Shown one piece after another: positions 58,384-64,000 of a stretch of 64,000 bases of DNA. The translations under genes were made by a program, and so were the position numbers. Numbering within the stretch: position 1 is the first letter of the stretch; each line of letters begins with the position of its first letter. Origin of the DNA: Cetorhinus maximus (lineage: Eukaryota); assembly GCF_964194155.1 (NCBI RefSeq), contig NC_135914.1, forward strand, positions 6,014,001 to 6,078,000, written 5' to 3'. The notes below the pieces were generated by a model. The model worked only from the letters and a program-made list of their open reading frames with translations. It made no database searches and was not told where the DNA came from.

Positions 58384-61300
58384 TGGTGTCATGGTATTGT
58401 CACTGGACTGGTAATGCAGGGACCCAGGGTAATGCTCTGGGGACCCGGGTATGAATCCCACCAAGGCAGATGGTGGAATTTGAATTCAATAAAAATCTGT
58501 AATTAACAGTCTGATGATGACCATGAAACCATTGTCAATTGTTGTAAAAACCCATCTGGTTCACTAATGTCCCTTTAGGGAGGGAAACCTGTTGTCCTTA
58601 CCCGGTCTGGCCTACATGTGACTCCAGACCCACAGCAATGTGGTTGACTCTTAAATGCCCTCTGAAATGGCCTAGCAAAACACTCAGTTATAACAAACCG
58701 CTACAAAGTCATCAAAAAAGGAATGAAACCGGACGGACCACCCGTTATTGACCTAGGCACCGGAACCAACAACAGCAAATTCAGCCCTGTTGACCCTGCA
58801 GAGTCCTCCTTACTAACATCTGGGGGCAAGTGCCAAAATTGGGAGAGCTGTCTCACAGACTAGACAAGCAACAGCCTGACATAACCATACTCACAGAATC
58901 ATATCTTACAGATAATGTCCCAGACACCACCATCACCATCCCTGGGTATGTCCTATCCCACCGGCAGGACAGACCCAGCAGAGGTGGCAGCACAGTGGTA
59001 TACAGTCGGGAGAGAGTTGCCCTGGGAGTCCTCAACATTGACTCCGGACCCCATGAAGTCTCATGGTATCAGGTCAAACGGGCAAGGAAGCCTGCTGATT
59101 ACCACGTACCGCCCTCCCTCAGCTGATGAATCAGTGCTCCTCTATGTTGAACACCATTTGGAGGAAGCACTGAGCGTGGCAAGGGTGCACAATGTACTCT
59201 GGGTGGGGACTTCAATGTCTGTCACCAAGAGTGGCTCAGTAGCACCACCACACACCGAGCTGACCGACTCCTAAAGGACATAGCTGCTAGACTGGGTCTG
59301 CGGCAGGTGGTGAGGGAATCAAGAAAAGGGAAAAACATACTTGTCCTCATCCTCACCAACCTGCCTGCCGCAGATGCATCTGTCCATCACAGTGTCGGTA
59401 GGAGTGACCACTGCACAGTCGTTGTGGAGACGAAGTCCCGCCTTCACATTAAGGATACCCTCCACCGTGTTGTGTGGCATTACCACCGTGCTAAATGGGA
59501 TAGATTTCAAACAGATCTCGCAACTCAAGACTGGGCATCCATGAGGCGCTGTGGGCCATCAGCAGCAGCAGAATTTTAATCAACCACAATCTGTAACCTC
59601 ATATCCCCCACTCTTCATTGAACAGGGTTGATCCTCTGGCTTGGTGGCAATGGTAGAGTGCAGGAGGGGATGTCAGGAGCAGCACCAGGCATACCTGAGA
59701 ATGAGGTGTCAACCTGGTGAAGCTATAACACAGGACTACTTGCATCCAAACAGCATAAGCAGCAAGTGATAGACAGCTAAGCGATTCCGCAACCAACGGA
59801 TCAGATCTAAGCTCTGCAGTCCTCCCACACCAGTCGTGAATGGTGGTGGACAATTAAACAACTCACTGGAGGAGGAGGCACCACAAATATCCCCATCCTC
59901 AATGATGGAGGAGCCCCGCACATCAGTGCAAAGGATAAGGCTGAAGCATTTGCAGCCATCTTTAACCAGAAGTGCCGAGTGGATGATCCATCTCGGCCTC
60001 CTCCAGAGGTCTCCAGCATCACAGATGCCAGTCTTCAGCCAATTCGATTCACTCCATGTGATATCAAGAAATGGCTGAAGACATTGGATACTGCAAAGGC
60101 TATGGGCCCTGACAATATTCCGGCAATAGTACTGAAGACTTGTGCTCCAGAACTTGCCACACCCCTAGCCACACTTTCCTAGTACAGCTACAACACTGGC
60201 ATCTACCCGGCTATGTAGAAAATTGCCCAGATATGTCCTGTACACCTAAAACAGGGCAAATCCAACCCAGCCAATTACTGCCCCATCAGTCTACTCTCGA
60301 TTGTCAGCAAAGCGATGGAAGATGTCATCAACAGTGCTATCAAATGACACTTACCTGCTCACTGACGCTCAGTTTGGGTTCAGCTAGGGTCATTCAGCTT
60401 CTGACCTCATTACAGCCTTGGTTCAAACATGGACTAAAGAGCTGAACTCCTGAGGTGAGGTGAGAGTGACTGCCCTTGACATCAAGGCAGCATTTGACCG
60501 AGTGTGGCATCAAGGAGCCCTAGCAAAACTGGAGTCAATGGGAATCAGGAGGAAAACTCTCCGCTGGTTGGAGTCATACCTAGCACAAAGGAAGATGGTT
60601 GTGGTTGTTGGAGGTCAATCATCTCAGTTCCAGGACATCACTGCAGGAGTTCCTCAGGGTAGTATCCTCGACCCAACTATCTTCAGTTGCTTCATCAATG
60701 ACCTTCCTTCCATCATAAGGTCAGAAGTGGGGATGTTCGCTGATGACAATGTTCAGCACCATTCGTGACTCCTCTGATACTGAAGCAGTCCATGTCCAAA
60801 TGCAGCAAGACCTGGACAATATCCAGGCTTGGGCTGACAAGTGGCAAGTGACATTCACGCCACACAAGTGCCAAGCAATGATCATCTCCAACAAGAGAGA
60901 ATCTAACCATCGCCCCTTGACATTCAATGGCATTACCACCGCTGAATCCCCTGCAATCAACATCTTGGGTGTTACCATTGACCAGAGACTGAACTGGTCT
61001 AGCCGTATAAATACTGTGGCTACAAGAGGCTAGGAATCCTGCAACAAGTAGCTCATCTCCTGACTCCCCAAAGCCTGTCCACCATCTACAAGGCACAAGT
61101 CAAGGGTGTGATGGAATACTCTCTACTTGTCTGGCTAGTGCAGCTCCCACAACACTCAAGAAGTTCAACACCATCCAGGACAAAGCAGCCCGCTTGATTG
61201 GCACCACATCCACACATTCACTCCCTCCACCACCAACGCACAGTAGCGGCAGTGTGTACCATCTACAAGATGCACTGCAGGAATTCATCAAGGCTCCTTA

Positions 61301-61622
61301 GACAGCACCTTCCAAACCCACAACCACTACCATCTAGAAGGACAAGGGCAGCAGATACATGGGAACACCACCACCTGGAAGTTCACCTCCAAGTTACTCA
61401 TCATCCTGACTTGGAAGTATATTGGCCGTTCCTTCACTATCGCTGAGTCAAAATCCTGGAACTCCCTCCCTAACAGCACCATGGGTGTACCTACACCACA
61501 GGGACTGCAGCGGTTCAAGAAGGCGGCTCACCACCATCTTCTCAAGGGCAATAGGGATGGGCAATAAATGCTGGCCCAGCCAGCGAAGCCCACATCCTGT
61601 AAATTAACCCTTTAAAAAAAAA
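58384..61622 (+). mobile_element. Near full-length non-LTR retrotransposon (CR1/L2 group): tRNA-like head, APE endonuclease, RT, A-rich tail; frameshifted
   Basis: APE motifs PDITILTESYL, IPGYVLSHRQDRPSRGG, YRPP, GRSDH; RT motifs LDIKAAFDRVWH, GVPQGS, MFADD. Confidence 0.92.
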
Positions 61623-62220
61623 GACACCCCTCATGCTGGCCCTCCCCTCCATTCCTCATCCTGATGCCCCTCCCCCTTCACCACGCCTCCTCCCAGTCCC
61701 CTCGCCCCCTATGATCCCTCACTCTCTCTCTTTCCTGCATGTTGCCTAGCATTATGTATCATTTCTATCCATTTGTATATGTCTCTCTCCTTCTATTACC
61801 TCTCTCCTTTATCTCATCTTCCCTCACACTGTCTACTTCCCTTTCTCTGTATCTCTTTGATCTGTCTTAATTCCCATTCTGTCTTTCTATATCCCTTTCT
61901 ACCTCCCTCTTCATTTCCCCCTCTCTATCTGTTGCTAACCCTATTTCTTACTCTGTCCGTCTCTCTTTCTCTGTTCCATCTCTCCATTCCTCTATTCCAT
62001 CGGTTTATCTCCCTTTCTTTGTGTTACTATCTCTTCGTCTCTGTGTGTCTCCCTCTCTCCTTCCCATTCCCTCCATCTCTATCACTCACTCTATCTCCTT
62101 GACATTCTTCATCTCTTTCTGTGACTCTTCAAAACTCTCTGCCTGGTCTGAGACCTCTGCCAATTTGCTGAGTATGATCTAATAATGAACCTTCTTTTTC
62201 CCGTTGTTTTTCCGACCCAG

Positions 62221-62365
62221 CTCTGCCTCGATTTCAGACCCACCCGCAGTCTATGAAGGTGCAGCTGGGAGGTGTGGCCCGTTTTGAATGTCACATCTAT
62301 GGTGTTCCTGAAGCAACAATAACTTGGGAACTCAATCGTGTTCCTTTGAACATGGATGACGCAAG
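62221..62365 (+). CDS. IGDCC3-like exon 3, Ig domain 2 N-half LPRFQTHPQSMKVQLGGVARFECHIYGVPEATITWELNRVPLNMDDA
   Basis: acccag| and |gtgagt, 145 nt, phase 1 to 2; cf. IGDCC3 [26 protein letters not shown]. Confidence 0.92.
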
Positions 62366-62900
62366 GTGAGTCAAACATTTCCAACCAACCCGTAGGATTT
62401 TTATCTACTGAGTCAATGGCGTGTGGCAATGCGCAAAGCCAGGAGCTGTCCTCAGAAGAAATAGGAGTTACAGAGAGGGAAGCAGAGGTAACAGAACATC
62501 AGAGGTAACTCACTCCCCAAATCGTTCATCTTTGTATTTCCATTATAATTTTCTATGTCAACATTCATAATGGTCAGAGCCTATGTAAACTCGTAACGCT
62601 CTAATGACACCCTCCGACCAGAGATGATGCTGTAGCTCCTGAGAGTGGAGTAGCAGTGTGACAGTTTATATAGGCAGATTCCATTGCAATTGGAAATGCT
62701 AGTATTTCTAATGGAAATAGTTGAAAGGATGTACAAATGGCGGGGAGATTTTTAGTATACTGTACAGTGATAGGTGTATACATTATTCCTGTGAGACTCG
62801 GTGCCTCCTGTCACACCAGGGCATCAGCAGATCTGTAGAGTTATGGCTCCCACCTTCCCATCTTTAAATTTATATACATTTTTATTTATTTTCAAAAACT

Positions 62901-63850
62901 GTGTCAGCCGTGAGATAATGTGTAGCATTCTCGCCTGAATGAGATGGACCTGGGTTCAAGTTCCATTCCAGAGACTTGAGCACATAATCTACACCTAAAC
63001 TCCCAATGCAGTACTGAGGGAGTTCTGCACTATCAGGGGGTCAGAACTGAGGGAGGGCTGCACTGTCGGAGGGTCAGTGCTGAGGGAGTGCTGCACTGTC
63101 GGAGGGTCAGTACTGAGGGAGTGCTGCACTATCAGGGGGTCAGTACTGAGGGAGGGCTGCACTGTCGGAGGGTCAGTGCTGAAGGAGTGCTGCACTGTCG
63201 GAGGGTCAGTACTGAGGGAGTACTGCACTATCGGAGGGTCAGTACTGAGGGAGTGCTGCATTGTCGGAGGGTCAGTACTGAGGGAGAGCCGCACTGTCAG
63301 AGGGTCAGTGCTGAGGGAGTGCCGCACTGTCAGAGGGTCAGTACTGAGGGAGTGCCGCACTGTCGGAGGGTCAGTACTGAGGGAGCGCCGCACTGTCGGA
63401 GGGTCAGTACTGAGGGAGCGCCGCACTGTCGGAGGGTCAGTACTGAGGGAGCGCCGCACTGTCGGAGGGTCAGTGCTGAGGGAGCGCTGCACTGTCAGAG
63501 GGTCAGTACTGGGGAGTGCCGCACTATCGGAGGGTCAGTACTGAGGGAGCGCCGCACTGTCGGAGGGTCAGTACTGAGGGAGCGCTGCATGGTTGGTGGG
63601 CCGTCTTTCAGATGAGGCATTAAACTGAGGACCCGTCTTGCTGTAAAAGATCTAGCAGTCGCTATGTTGAAGAGTATTCTCTGGTGTCCTGGGTGAATTT
63701 TTACACCTCACCCAATATCTCAAACAAGTGATTATTTGATCATATTTGGCTGTAAGGTTTGTGAGAGTTTGCTGTGTGTAACTTGGTTCCTGCCGTGTTT
63801 TCTGCCCTTTAAAAGTATTTCATTGAATTGTAAAGCCCTTTACGATGTAA
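62901..63850 (+). mobile_element. Deu-type (SacSINE1-like) SINE with internal 33-bp tandem expansion (~63008-63590)
   Basis: tRNA-like head with gggttcaagttcc (62952), the array, then gccgtctttcagatgaggcattaaactgagg and the tail. Confidence 0.75.
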
Positions 63851-63926
63851 AGTGTCGATGTGGAGGTGCACTCCCTGCAGGTTCACATAGTCTTGTTGGA
63901 CTGACTGCCTCTACCTTGGTTTCCAG

Positions 63927-64000
63927 GTATACTCTGCTACCAACTGGTGTTCTCCAGATCACCAGGGTACAGCAACGGGACCTTGGCACTTACCGCTGTG
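63927..64000 (+). CDS. IGDCC3-like exon 4 (partial) YTLLPTGVLQITRVQQRDLGTYRC
   Basis: ttccag| acceptor, phase 2; cf. IGDCC3 RYTLLPKGVLQITGL; runs off the window. Confidence 0.9.

Noticed and set aside
56198-58414. 738-aa and 619-aa extensin-like proline-rich ORFs
   Set aside because: C-rich intronic minisatellite following the Ig exon donor

Overview
Vertebrate genomic DNA, most likely a shark or other cartilaginous fish (inferred from the CR1, L2, Penelope and Deu-type SINE content and the dispersed 33-bp and 69-bp minisatellites). It is gene-dense, repeat-saturated and has three N-gaps. Four spliced genes can be traced with GT-AG boundaries and consistent exon phases: (1) two internal exons of CREB3L4 on the minus strand; (2) the last 10 exons of DENND4B (+, 6564-23464); (3) a complete 5-exon PMF1 gene (MIS12-complex subunit; +, 29911-43090) whose first exon carries an in-frame coding minisatellite; (4) the first 4 exons of an IGDCC3-like DCC-subfamily Ig receptor (+, 48631 to the window end). 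Most long ORFs in the supplied track are artefacts of tandem repeats. The most notable observations are: a non-LTR retrotransposon whose 5' end is a tRNA-like (pol III box A/B) head joined to an APE-RT frame, present together with a short head+tail SINE derivative; minisatellite arrays starting just after most exon donors; minisatellites grown out of SINE/LINE sub-sequences; Penelope termini with hammerhead-like motifs, including a fold-back mini-element; and a probable IGDCC3 ohnolog beside DENND4B. Gene and repeat-family identities rest on recalled sequences, not on database searches.
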